IMG/VR virus record: IMGVR_UViG_3300042995_000016
Location: 1-56,456 of that record
DNA length: 56,456 bases
Source of the DNA: a virus
Taxonomy: Duplodnaviria; Caudoviricetes
Direction: 5' to 3' (one strand)
Positions 10,001-17,626 of the stretch are shown here, in pieces. The notes under the pieces were generated by a model. The model made no database searches, was not told the DNA's origin, and saw only the letters and a list, made by a program, of their open reading frames with translations. A program made the position numbers and the translations under genes. Numbering within the stretch: the first letter of the stretch is position 1; the number at the start of each line of letters is the position of its first letter.

Positions 10001-10650
10001 TGGGCGGTGATCTCGTTCCGCTCCAGCGCCCGGTTCAGGATCTCCGTCTGCTGGGCGAACTCCGCCTGCGCCATGGCGACCCGCTGGCTCGCCGCGTGCA
10101 TCGGGTCCAGGCGCTCGCGCAGCTCGGCCAGCGCCTGCGCCTCCCGCTCGGCCGCGCGGAACGCCTCCTCGAACGCGGACGCCGACTGCGCGGCGGCGCC
10201 CGGACGCCCCCCGCCCCCGACGCCGAGCTGCTGGTTGAACCGCATCTGCGCGTCCGCGGCCACCTGCGCGGCGCGGGCCTGCTCCACCATGGCCTCGGTC
10301 GCGCGCTGGGCCGCGGTCGCGGCGGCGCGCTCGGCCCGCTCCATCTCCTCCAGGACGGCGGCGGCGCGCGCCATCTGCTCGCCGCCCGAGGAGACGGCGG
10401 CGGCGAGGCGCCTCTTGTCCTCCTCCAGGCGCCGCGCCCCCGCGGACGCGGGCGCGTAGCGCCGCTCCAGCGCGTCGAGCTGGCGGGCCGACAGGCCCAT
10501 GGCCCTCTCGACCCGCTCCGTCGCCAGGACGAGGTTCTCGTTGACCGCCTTGAGCCGGGACGCGGCCCTCTCCGCCTCCTGCGCGCCCTTAACGGCGGCG
10601 CTGGCGTCGATCACGTAGGCGGTGACGACCTCTTCGCGCTGATCGGCCAT
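7000..10650 (-). CDS. tail tape measure protein
   Basis: 1216 aa, Ala-rich coiled coil, QVGFQVGDVATQIASG..Q.GQL lambda-type TMP motif, Gly-rich TM region. Confidence 0.92.
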   Translation of the reverse strand: MADQREEVVTAYVIDASAAVKGAQEAERAASRLKAVNENLVLATERVERAMGLSARQLDALERRYAPASAGARRLEEDKRRLAAAVSSGGEQMARAAAVLEEMERAERAAATAAQRATEAMVEQARAAQVAADAQMRFNQQLGVGGGGRPGAAAQSASAFEEAFRAAEREAQALAELRERLDPMHAASQRVAMAQAEFAQQTEILNRALERNEITAQQHAAMMQRLQQQHGQTVVAAGKHEAANNNLRGALQQVGFQVGDVATQIASGGSAMQALTVQAGQLLGAFGPWGAVLGAAVTVVGALGLAVSKAGGEAENSKTAYTDYAKALDLAGKASDELTRATGAQSRALEAQRSNVIAAKQAALDKAEADLVAAQAARMNQPMGVFGEAGSLADSGYAAQVEEAEKRFRALRLELDVLRGKFGEYNDGARAVQASTDGARAAAGGYTDALKGLRENLRQQIADLGFQVDAQDRSNAAKLEAKLRSEAMKVAGVAEYQQVDAATRALIEEAVARQRAIDKIEANAKASDRAAAAAKREAEELRQRNRAINAAATDAAKDEEQARAAASKRAQDFIRDRDALNRSLEDEVKRSGELVAISGLDERSRAVRLKQMELEERRREKLGSLSDDERKNIARAAEEMVDNERAVERYNSALQEAAQLGDRAFDALIEGAVQGKNGILDLTAVLRGFGAELLTTAARWTLLNPLKNAALGSNLPTLWSFGAPGGGSAAASSGGGLFGMGGGGIGSPMDFGRLFGGVGTTVNGWAASAFPGTFAAPITQMTSASGGLASSLGVASVPGGVGNAAVAGQSVGYAGTPFTAYLGPAAGGFAAGSLVGGYLGTRTNSKAVGGVSGAAVGAGVGFLVGGPVGAVIGGLAGGAGGMFGTQKASVGPIATSAVGIEGGRFAGGLGVSTDNDGNAGPLVEQTQAMAAQLNALVDAYGLSINASRMPFGGLYSGNGNPWGSRGTDDPAALLGSILASGAISGTGTVGRVLASSKAKDVASLSSDLEFAQWWEEFTSGMTDAEKAVRDITKTWDAQVKKAQELGLATEKLVAARDKEIAAVRNAEQAQKDALGQQAALGVVGGLRQFAAALPFSDLSALAPETAFGLAESRFNAVSGAALAGDFNSLAQLQAYSELYLRGARAQYGSGRGFAEAFNRVADVLDRVGQFDPGRLVESAIKTQTAVNVDGFAMLRDELVALRREFQQMRNAPPRAA

Positions 10651-10684
10651 GGCATGCCTCGGCAGGGGGTGGAGCGGGCGGGGC

Positions 10685-10939
10685 TCAGCCCCGCGCCGCC
10701 TTGGACCGCAGGAAGTTGGCGAGCCGCTTCGTCGCCTGACCGGGATCGGGCTTCGTCTCGGGCTCGTCGCTGCCGGATCCGAACGGGTTGGTCTTCCGCA
10801 GGAAGTCGATCCGCCCCTTGAGGGCCAGCTCGATCTGCGGGACGGGGGTGCTCAGCGCGACCTCGGGCGTCCAACCCAGCCACCCGGTCGCGTGCTGGAA
10901 GAGTTCGTCGAAGTACTCGTCCAGCGTCAGCCGGCGCCG
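10685..10939 (-). CDS. tail assembly chaperone frameshift extension (gpT-like); absent from the ORF track
   Basis: The -1 frame after G GGA AAC reads RRRLTLDEYFDELFQHATGWLGWTPEVALSTPVPQIELALKG... to TGA at 10685. Confidence 0.8.
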   Translation of the reverse strand, partial: RRRLTLDEYFDELFQHATGWLGWTPEVALSTPVPQIELALKGRIDFLRKTNPFGSGSDEPETKPDPGQATKRLANFLRSKAARG

Positions 10940-11277
10940 TTTCCCGCGTCGCCCTCGGGCTCGGCCTTGTCCTCGACGGGCTTGCCGCCGTTGGCGAGGA
11001 TGATCAGGAACTCGACCAGCGGCAGCGCCATGTCGCGCACGCCCGCCGCGAAGACCTTCTCGGCGAGCCCCTTGGCCTCGGCGTCCGTGCGCAGGCCGAG
11101 GCCGAACCGCACGATGGCCACGTAGGCGTCGAGGTCCTGGGCGAGCACGCGCTGCTGGGCGGCCTGGAGGCCGCCGAACTGCCGGCTGATGCCGGTCGCG
11201 GCGTTGAGGGTGGGCGTTAGGTGGCGCGGCTCGCCGTCCAGGGTGATGGCGACCTGGCCCGCGGTGATCTTGCTCAT
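10927..11277 (-). CDS. tail assembly chaperone (gpG-like)
   Basis: Lies between tail tube and TMP; slippery heptamer at 10939-10945. Confidence 0.85.
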   Translation of the reverse strand: MSKITAGQVAITLDGEPRHLTPTLNAATGISRQFGGLQAAQQRVLAQDLDAYVAIVRFGLGLRTDAEAKGLAEKVFAAGVRDMALPLVEFLIILANGGKPVEDKAEPEGDAGNGAG

Positions 11278-11376
11278 CTCGGTGTTTCCTCTGTCGGGAG
11301 GGGTGGGGCGGACGCCGACACGTCCGCCCCGTCGCTGCGCAGCGATGCGCTACCCGGTGCCGGCCGGGGTCTCAGG

Positions 11377-11868
11377 TCAGGAGCCGGCGACCGCGGCGCC
11401 TTCGATGACCTCGGTGTTGATCGCGAGCATGACCGTGCGGCGCAGCGCGTCGGGTGCGCCCTTGCCATGGCGGTTGGAGCCCACCAGGGCGCGGAAGTAG
11501 AACCTCGTCGGCTTGCTGCCGGTCCCGCCGGGATCGTCGGGCATGATGATCCTGAACGGGTAGTCGCTGGCCTTGTCGGCCCGCGCCTCCAGGAGCGCGA
11601 CCTGCCCGTCGTCGGCCGGGTCGTTCAGCATCCGGACCATCATGTTGCCGGCGTCGTCGAAGGTCTTGACCTTCTTCACGCGGCCGGTGCCGACCATGGG
11701 GATGTTCGAGATCTGCGTCTCGTCGCCGAAGTCGTCGAAGTCCTCGAGCTGGCCCAGCTCGGTCCAGCCGGCCTCGAGCTGGCTGTCGTACTCTGTGAGG
11801 GTGTCGTAGGCCCACGACTTGTCGCCGATGTAGATCTTCGCGCCGACGACAGGGATACCGCCGCTCAT
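11377..11868 (-). CDS. major tail (tube) protein
   Basis: WTELGQLEDFDDFGD...VKKVKTFDDAG...DDGQVAL tail-tube pattern; strong SD. Confidence 0.85.
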   Translation of the reverse strand: MSGGIPVVGAKIYIGDKSWAYDTLTEYDSQLEAGWTELGQLEDFDDFGDETQISNIPMVGTGRVKKVKTFDDAGNMMVRMLNDPADDGQVALLEARADKASDYPFRIIMPDDPGGTGSKPTRFYFRALVGSNRHGKGAPDALRRTVMLAINTEVIEGAAVAGS

Positions 11869-11893
11869 GCCTCTCTCCTCTTTTGAAAGCCGC

Positions 11894-12322
11894 TCATGCG
11901 GCGTAGTGGACGGTGAACGGGACGCTCACCGAGACCCGGAACCAGTTCCCGGAGTCGTCGCCCGATTCGCCGCCTCCGATGCTCGCGGCCTCGGTCTGGA
12001 TGCCCGAGAAGGCCGCCATGCGGAGCGCGGCGCCGACTTCCCCGGCGAGTTGATAGGCGGCTTGGTCGCCCGTGCCCACGGGGACGAAGCAGTGCGCGAA
12101 GATCGTGCCCCGCTCCGTCACCACCCGCTTGCCGGGCGAGTTGAAGGCGGTCATGTCCGACGGCCCGCCGAGCACCTCCAGGTAGATCCAGGGCAGCGGG
12201 CTGGGCGGGCTGCCGCCGTCGTCGGGCGGGTCGAAGCTCTCGTTCGGATAGGCCAGGGGGACCGAGCCGAACGGATTTCCCAGCCGCGAGCGGATCGCGG
12301 CGACGGCGTCGGCGAACGTCAT
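11894..12322 (-). CDS. tail terminator/completion protein
   Basis: YPNESFDPP...PW...FVPVGTG...WFRVSVSVPF; position before the tail tube gene. Confidence 0.75.
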   Translation of the reverse strand: MTFADAVAAIRSRLGNPFGSVPLAYPNESFDPPDDGGSPPSPLPWIYLEVLGGPSDMTAFNSPGKRVVTERGTIFAHCFVPVGTGDQAAYQLAGEVGAALRMAAFSGIQTEAASIGGGESGDDSGNWFRVSVSVPFTVHYAA

Positions 12323-12383
12323 GACTTGACTCCGGGAAAGTCGTTGCGCGTAAGCTGACTACCCCTTTCGCAAGGAGTGTCCC

Positions 12384-12542
12384 GTGGAAGCCCTGTTCAT
12401 CTGGATCGCGTTCGGCGTGCTCTGCGCCGTGCTCGCGCCGAGCCGCGGGCGCAGCGCCATCGCATGGTTCTTCCTGGGCGCGATCTTCAGCGCCTTCGCG
12501 CTGATCGCCCTCCTCGCGCTACCCGGTCGGAAGGCGGCATGA
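12384..12542 (+). CDS. 52-aa two-TM membrane protein (moron); absent from the ORF track
   Basis: AAGGAG SD at 12371, GTG start, MEALFIWIAFGVLCAVLAPSRGRSAIAWFFLGAIFSAFALIALLALPGRKAA. Confidence 0.75.
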   Translation: MEALFIWIAFGVLCAVLAPSRGRSAIAWFFLGAIFSAFALIALLALPGRKAA

Positions 12543-12892
12543 GACGTGCCGCGCGCGCGACCGCAGCCCTGGCGCTGGCTTTCCTGATCGCGTCGGAGGC
12601 CCAGGCGAAGCCACTGGCTCCGCAGCAGTGCGACGCGATCCTGGAGAGCATGAGGAAGCTGGTCAGAACGCTCAACGAATTGAAGTTTCAGCAGGGACTG
12701 TCCATCGACAGCCTCCGAGGGACCGCGGATCAGGTGGCCGACAGGAGCCTAAGGGAAAGCCTGAAAAGAACGGCAGGCCTCGCGGACCGAGGCCTGAACG
12801 AGAAGACGAAGTCGGCGGCATCCGAGCTGTCCATCATTCTGGAACACGTCGCCTACGCGTGCGACACACCCCCATCGGGCCACGACCGATGA
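12539..12892 (+). CDS. secreted/periplasmic helical protein (moron)
   Basis: ATGA-coupled to the membrane ORF; signal peptide ending AQA; two Cys. Confidence 0.7.
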   Translation: MRRAARATAALALAFLIASEAQAKPLAPQQCDAILESMRKLVRTLNELKFQQGLSIDSLRGTADQVADRSLRESLKRTAGLADRGLNEKTKSAASELSIILEHVAYACDTPPSGHDR

Positions 12893-12907
12893 CAACGCGC
12901 CATCCGA

Positions 12908-13609
12908 TCAAAGGGGCCCGAGGATCAAGGCGGGATAGGTCATCTGCTGCCCGGCGGCGGTGTCCTTCCTGCCCGCGAGGTGCCGGCGCCCCGCCCGGAA
13001 GGCCGAGCTGCGCCCGTCCTGCTTGGCCTTCACCAGCCTTTGCCGGCCCTTGAGCACGTAGCCGCCCTGGAGCTGGATGAACTTGATTTCGGCCACGAAG
13101 GTGCGGCCGAACTCGCGGAACAGCTCCTGCCTCACTCGCTCGACGATGCCGGGGGGCAGCCGGGCCGAGGTGCGATTCCCGCCCGGCTGGTTGACGGTCA
13201 TCTCGAGCTTGCGGTGGTAGGGCTGGTCGTTGGTCAGCACCAACTCGACGCCGTTCGGAATGGCCTCAGCGGATACCACCGCCCCACCGGCCATGACGAA
13301 CCAAGCCTCCTTGTAGGCGCCGCTCTCGACGGGCGAGAGTTCCCGCGCCCGCGCCAGCGCCCACTGCGCGATCCGGGCGAGGGACTGAAGCTCGTACCGG
13401 ATCACGCCGCCATAGCGGACGCTTTCCTCTGGGGCGCCTTTCTGGCCATCCACGAAGCGGACGACCTCCGGTGTGTCGGTTCGCTTCGCCAGCCCATTGG
13501 CCAGGACCTGCTTGGCGATGCGGGCGTGTTCCTTCTGGAACTTCGGGGGCTGGAGCTTCTGGAGTTGGAGGTTGATGATCCGCTCGAAGGCGGCCGTTCC
13601 GCGCGCCAT
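12908..13609 (-). CDS. neck/tail-completion protein (HK97 gp10-like)
   Basis: SPVESGAYKEAW...NDQPYHRKLE motif; position in the operon. Confidence 0.75.
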   Translation of the reverse strand: MARGTAAFERIINLQLQKLQPPKFQKEHARIAKQVLANGLAKRTDTPEVVRFVDGQKGAPEESVRYGGVIRYELQSLARIAQWALARARELSPVESGAYKEAWFVMAGGAVVSAEAIPNGVELVLTNDQPYHRKLEMTVNQPGGNRTSARLPPGIVERVRQELFREFGRTFVAEIKFIQLQGGYVLKGRQRLVKAKQDGRSSAFRAGRRHLAGRKDTAAGQQMTYPALILGPL

Positions 13610-13653
13610 ATAAGCCTCCGCCCTCAAGACCACTTCGCCCGGAGGCGATCGCA

Positions 13654-13860
13654 ATGCACATTGACCCGTTAGAATATGCCTGCATGCACCAAACGGCCGC
13701 TGAGATCACATTCAGAGACGAGGCCGAATTCCTGGAAGCCGAAGAACGCGCCAAACGCCTTGCCAGGGAACATGGCAGAGAACTCGAAGTGCACCGATCG
13801 ATCCGAGACATGAAGGCCGTCTTCGGCTTCGTCGTTCTGCGAATGCCGCCAGCCCAGTAA
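13654..13860 (+). CDS. hypothetical 68-aa protein, antisense insertion in the late operon
   Basis: Lower-GC ORF that fills the gap between two neck genes. Confidence 0.5.
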   Translation: MHIDPLEYACMHQTAAEITFRDEAEFLEAEERAKRLAREHGRELEVHRSIRDMKAVFGFVVLRMPPAQ

Positions 13861-13861
13861 T

Positions 13862-14185
13862 CTACCCCCTCACCCAGCAGGTGAACCCGACCAGCTCGGC
13901 CCCGTCGTACAGCGGCTCGGCCCCCTGCACGGCCCCGCCGTCGAGGACGTCGTTCTTCCGCGGCGGACCCGGCCAGCCGGCCGCCGCGATGTCCAGCTGG
14001 GAGATCTTGACGCGGCGGTCGCCCTGCACGACGCCGCCGACCAGCTCCTCCGGGCGGTAGCCGATGCTCTTGCCATGCACCGGGGCGTCGGTGAAAGCGG
14101 TCGTGCTCGTGCCGACCCTGCGGCGCAGGAGCATGGGCCGGCCGGCGCGGCGCAGCGACGCCTGGAACCGATTCGCCGCGCTCAC
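13862..14185 (-). CDS. head-closure/head-tail joining protein
   Basis: GTGA-coupled; YRPEELVGGVVQGDRRV...P.KND. Confidence 0.75.
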   Translation of the reverse strand: MSAANRFQASLRRAGRPMLLRRRVGTSTTAFTDAPVHGKSIGYRPEELVGGVVQGDRRVKISQLDIAAAGWPGPPRKNDVLDGGAVQGAEPLYDGAELVGFTCWVRG

Positions 14186-14832
14186 GCGACACCCGCCGCG
14201 CAGGCGACGCCGGCGGCGCGCAGCGCTTCCATGACGGACCGCGGCAGGCCGCCCTCCGCCTCGACCCTGTCGGCGTCCATGTAGGTCATGGCCTCGACGT
14301 CGGGGCTGGCGTAGGAGCGCAGCAGGGGGTCGCGGTCCTTCGCGTGCCAGCGGCGCCGGACCAGCTCCCTCACGGCGTCGGCGACCGGCACGGGGACCTT
14401 CCCCGGGGCGTAGCCGCTGGCGACCGTCACGACGATCTCCGCGCGCGCCCAGGCGCCGGCCGCCCGGTGCAGCAGCCCCGCCCTGGGCTCGGCCCGCCAG
14501 CCGGCCGCGTCCAGCGACGTCCCGCCCACGCTCACGCCCGTCACGCGCGCCGGCACGCGCCAGGGCAGAATGAGCGGGCCCGAGCACGGGACCTCCGAGG
14601 CCGCGAAGGTCACCGTCGCCGTCTCCGCCGCCAGCGTCGGCGGCGCGTCGCCGAGGTCGTCCCCGACGATCCCGCAGGCGGCGACGAGGCGGTCGGACTC
14701 GGTCAGGATCCAGCCATGGAGGATCGCGTCGGAGGCGGTGTCCGCGTCGGGGATGCCGAGCTCGGCCTTGACGCTCGCCAGCGTCGCGAGCGAGCGGTCG
14801 ACGGCCGGGGTCGCGACGGCGACGGTCGGCAC
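14182..14832 (-). CDS. head-tail connector (gp6-like)
   Basis: LATLASVKAELGI...SGY...VPVPVADAV...RDPLLRS. Confidence 0.8.
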   Translation of the reverse strand: MPTVAVATPAVDRSLATLASVKAELGIPDADTASDAILHGWILTESDRLVAACGIVGDDLGDAPPTLAAETATVTFAASEVPCSGPLILPWRVPARVTGVSVGGTSLDAAGWRAEPRAGLLHRAAGAWARAEIVVTVASGYAPGKVPVPVADAVRELVRRRWHAKDRDPLLRSYASPDVEAMTYMDADRVEAEGGLPRSVMEALRAAGVACAAGVA

Positions 14833-14835
14833 GGC

Positions 14836-15219
14836 TCAGCCCTCCGCCGGCACGAGCGCCGTCAGCTTCTTCGCGACCAGGTTGACCGCCCGGAAGCCCT
14901 GCTCGGACTTCGGGATGTTGGCGTTCTCGCCGACGTAGCTCGCCGACGCGCCCTGGGCCGTCACCTCGGCGTCGGGCGCGGCGCCGGCCAGCACGGGCAG
15001 CCCTCCGCCCGCGCGGGCCTCGATCTCCGCCCGGGTCAGCACGGAGAGGTCGACGTCGCGGCCGAGCACGAGCACGGGCACGCCCTCGCCCAGGACGGCC
15101 CCGAGGCGGGCGCGGACCAGGTCGGCCTGCGCGGGCGTGGGGATCATGTCCAGCTTCACCACCAGCGCGTCGCCGGGGGCGAGCGCCAGCTTGGCGACCT
15201 GGTACTCGATGCCTTCCAT
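14836..15219 (-). CDS. small protein whose residues 88-124 are identical to major capsid residues 169-205
   Basis: GAGGAGG SD (15229-15235); alpha/beta N-domain, then the capsid-derived segment. Confidence 0.8.
   Translation of the reverse strand: MEGIEYQVAKLALAPGDALVVKLDMIPTPAQADLVRARLGAVLGEGVPVLVLGRDVDLSVLTRAEIEARAGGGLPVLAGAAPDAEVTAQGASASYVGENANIPKSEQGFRAVNLVAKKLTALVPAEG
14848..14959. repeat. 112-bp exact direct repeat (other copy 16945-17056)
   Basis: Base-by-base comparison by eye shows no mismatch; offset 2097 bp. Confidence 0.95.
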
Positions 15220-15324
15220 GTGGCTTGTCCTCCTCTGGGGTCGGCGCGGGGCCGGACGGTCCCGTCGATCCGGGGCCGTCGGGTCCTGCGCCGGATGCGG
15301 CGCCCGCGCGGGGCGCCGCTCCGC

Positions 15325-15471
15325 TCACTTCTTCACGTAGCCGGGGACCTCGCCGCGCGCCTGCGTCACCGCGCGGTTCGCGTAGGCGGGGGCGCCCTTC
15401 GTGGCCTCCGCCCCTCGGGCGGGCCGGTCATCCGGCTCCGGCCGCCCGGCCTTCCTCTCGTCCCCGCTCAC
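15325..15471 (-). CDS. 48-aa hypothetical protein; absent from the ORF track
   Basis: GTGA-coupled; MSGDERKAGRPEPDD...YANRAVTQARGEVPGYVKK. Confidence 0.5.
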   Translation of the reverse strand: MSGDERKAGRPEPDDRPARGAEATKGAPAYANRAVTQARGEVPGYVKK

Positions 15472-15794
15472 GCGCCCGGCCCCGGCTCGCCCGGCTGGGC
15501 GTCCTTCGGGGGCTCGGCGGCGCCCTCGCCGGCGGGGCCGGCCTGCCCCTCAGGCTGGGCTGGCGCCGCCGCGGGCCTCTGCCGGCCGCCCCGGCGCCCC
15601 TTCTCGGCCGCCTCCCCGTCGGCGCCGCCCGTCCCGGCCCCCTCCCCCGGCCCCGGCTCGCCCGGCTGGGCGTCCCGGTACCTCGCGAGGCCGCGCGCCA
15701 CCAGGTCCCGGGCGACGGGCTCGTCGTAGGCGGCCCGCTCGCCCGCGTTCAGCGGGGCGACGGCCGCCAGCAGGATCACCCCGACCTTGGCCAC
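15468..15794 (-). CDS. small head-associated protein with disordered tail
   Basis: NAGERAAYDEPVARDLVARGLA pattern typical of post-capsid genes; DAQPGEPGPG occurs twice. Confidence 0.65.
   Translation of the reverse strand: MAKVGVILLAAVAPLNAGERAAYDEPVARDLVARGLARYRDAQPGEPGPGEGAGTGGADGEAAEKGRRGGRQRPAAAPAQPEGQAGPAGEGAAEPPKDAQPGEPGPGA
15475..15675. repeat. 30-bp exact direct repeat (15475-15504 and 15646-15675)
   Basis: cccggccccggctcgcccggctgggcgtcc twice. Confidence 0.85.
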
Positions 15795-15796
15795 GG

Positions 15797-16213
15797 TCAG
15801 GCCGCCGGCAGGGCGGAGGCGCCGCCGAGGACGATCGTCCCGGCGACGGGAATCGCCGGGGACGTGCCGCCCGTGAAGGCGACCGTCTCGACGACGCGGA
15901 CGTAGCGCCTGGCGCCCGAGAGGTCGACGTCGACCTCGGCCGCGGCGTTGTTGGCGGTCAGGGCGGCCGGGGCCGCGCCCGCGACGTCGGCCCAGCCGGT
16001 GGAGCCGTCCGCCGAGTCCTGGAGCTTGCAGGACACGGTCTGGGTGGTCGGCCCGCCGGTCGCGTCGCCGCACTGGTGGTGCAGGACGCAGGAGCCGTAG
16101 CCGGTCCGGTCGATCGCCGGGCCGGTGATGGTCGCCGCGGCGGAGGCCGCGGCCTTGAAGGCGGCGAGGGCCTTGATGAAGCCGCCGACGTTGCGGAACT
16201 GCGCGATGGACAT
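15797..16213 (-). CDS. capsid decoration/cement protein
   Basis: Follows the major capsid gene; G.AID..G...KLQDS.DG..W...RRYVRV jelly-roll pattern. Confidence 0.7.
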   Translation of the reverse strand: MSIAQFRNVGGFIKALAAFKAAASAAATITGPAIDRTGYGSCVLHHQCGDATGGPTTQTVSCKLQDSADGSTGWADVAGAAPAALTANNAAAEVDVDLSGARRYVRVVETVAFTGGTSPAIPVAGTIVLGGASALPAA

Positions 16214-16281
16214 CGCTCGTCTCTCCTCGGGGTGGGAAGGGAGGGGCCGCGGGCGACCCCTCGGGGCAGGCGCCGGCGGGC

Positions 16282-17559
16282 TCAGGAGATCCAGCGGACG
16301 CGCTTCATGACCGCGACGGCCGAGGCCTGCCGCATGTCCATGTCGTGCTGGGTGATGGCCCGAATGACCTGCTGGTCCTGGCTGACGCCCGAGACCAGCT
16401 GCGAGCCGTCGAAGTAGGTGGCGCCGTCGAACACCGACAGCTCGAGGCCCATGGCCTCGCCCACGAACACCTCGGCGAAGTCGGCGAGGTAGATCTCGCT
16501 CTCGTCGCCGCCGCCGAGCTCGTCCAGGTTCACCGGCACCTGGGTCGTCATCCGGAAGGGCTTGCCGCGGAGCATGCCCATCGACATCTCGCCGGAGTAG
16601 ACGAGGTTGCCGTTGCCGTCGCGCAGGTTCATCAGGAAGACCGCCGTCCGCGGCGCCATGATCCAGCCGGGCCGGCGCATCTTGACGTTGGCCTGGAGCA
16701 GCGCGAGCTCCATGCGGCCGAGGTCGTTGGTGATGTTCTGCAGGTTCACGGTCGGGTTGGCGTCGAGCAGGCCGGCCCCGCCCGGGGTCGCCGCGGCGAA
16801 GGACAGCAGGCCGCGCGGACTGTGCTCGCCCCCGTTGCCCCGGATCATGGCGAGGTCGCCGCGCTGCGCGATCGCGTCCACCATGTCGTCGCGCACGATC
16901 TGGAGCGTGTTGACGTTCGGGAACCGGATCATGTCGTTGCTGATCGGCACGAGCGCCGTCAGCTTCTTCGCGACCAGGTTGACCGCCCGGAAGCCCTGCT
17001 CGGACTTCGGGATGTTGGCGTTCTCGCCGACGTAGCTCGCCGACGCGCCCTGGGCCATGCCGGGGATCTTGAACGTGCCGAGCGGCATGCTGACGATGCG
17101 CGGCTGGAGCGAGGACACCGCCGCGGCGGGGCGCAGCAGCTCGATCACCTCGGACGCCATGTCCTCCTGGAGCAGGAGGCCGCCGGCCGACCCGACCGAG
17201 ACGCCGAGCGCCTTGGCGACCGGCGCGCCCTCGGGCCCGAAGGTCTTCTCGACGTAGTCCGCGGCGTCGCGGAACGAGCCCTTGGTCGACGCGAGCGCCA
17301 GCACGGCCATCGCGGCCTTGGCGCCCTTCATCTCGGGGGCCTTGGCCTGCGCGGGGACGACGTGCTTGTGCTCCTGCCCAGGGGCCGGCTGCGCCGTCTC
17401 GGCCGCGAGGGCCTGCGCCTCCTCCGTCCGGCGGATCTGGTCGGCCAGCTTGACGACCTCCGCCTTCTTCGTCTCGAACGCCTCGCCGCCGTCGGCGGCC
17501 AGGGTGATCAGCTCGCCCGCCGCCTTCGCGTGGGCCGAGCGCAGCTCGTGCAGCTTCAT
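16282..17559 (-). CDS. major capsid protein, HK97 family
   Basis: Coiled-coil N-terminus, GGLLL...IELLR, YVGEN..IPKS..F..V.L..KKL, LRDGNGNLVY. Confidence 0.96.
   Translation of the reverse strand: MKLHELRSAHAKAAGELITLAADGGEAFETKKAEVVKLADQIRRTEEAQALAAETAQPAPGQEHKHVVPAQAKAPEMKGAKAAMAVLALASTKGSFRDAADYVEKTFGPEGAPVAKALGVSVGSAGGLLLQEDMASEVIELLRPAAAVSSLQPRIVSMPLGTFKIPGMAQGASASYVGENANIPKSEQGFRAVNLVAKKLTALVPISNDMIRFPNVNTLQIVRDDMVDAIAQRGDLAMIRGNGGEHSPRGLLSFAAATPGGAGLLDANPTVNLQNITNDLGRMELALLQANVKMRRPGWIMAPRTAVFLMNLRDGNGNLVYSGEMSMGMLRGKPFRMTTQVPVNLDELGGGDESEIYLADFAEVFVGEAMGLELSVFDGATYFDGSQLVSGVSQDQQVIRAITQHDMDMRQASAVAVMKRVRWIS
16945..17056. repeat. 112-bp exact direct repeat, copy inside the major capsid gene
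   Basis: Identical to 14848-14959. Confidence 0.95.
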
Positions 17560-17626
17560 GACGCTCTCCAGGTGTGAAAGGGGCCGCCCCTCGGCGGCCC
17601 GGTATCCCGATCAGCGGCGGGAACGG

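Noticed and set aside
13862-15328. 488-aa ORF as a single protein
   Set aside because: Mostly an Arg/Gly/Pro-rich shadow frame over two better genes; only the last 107 aa look real. The GTGA overlap at 15328 is noted but not sufficient.
14848-17056. Diversity-generating retroelement TR/VR pair
   Set aside because: The copies are identical with no adenine-specific mismatches, and there is no reverse transcriptase in the window.
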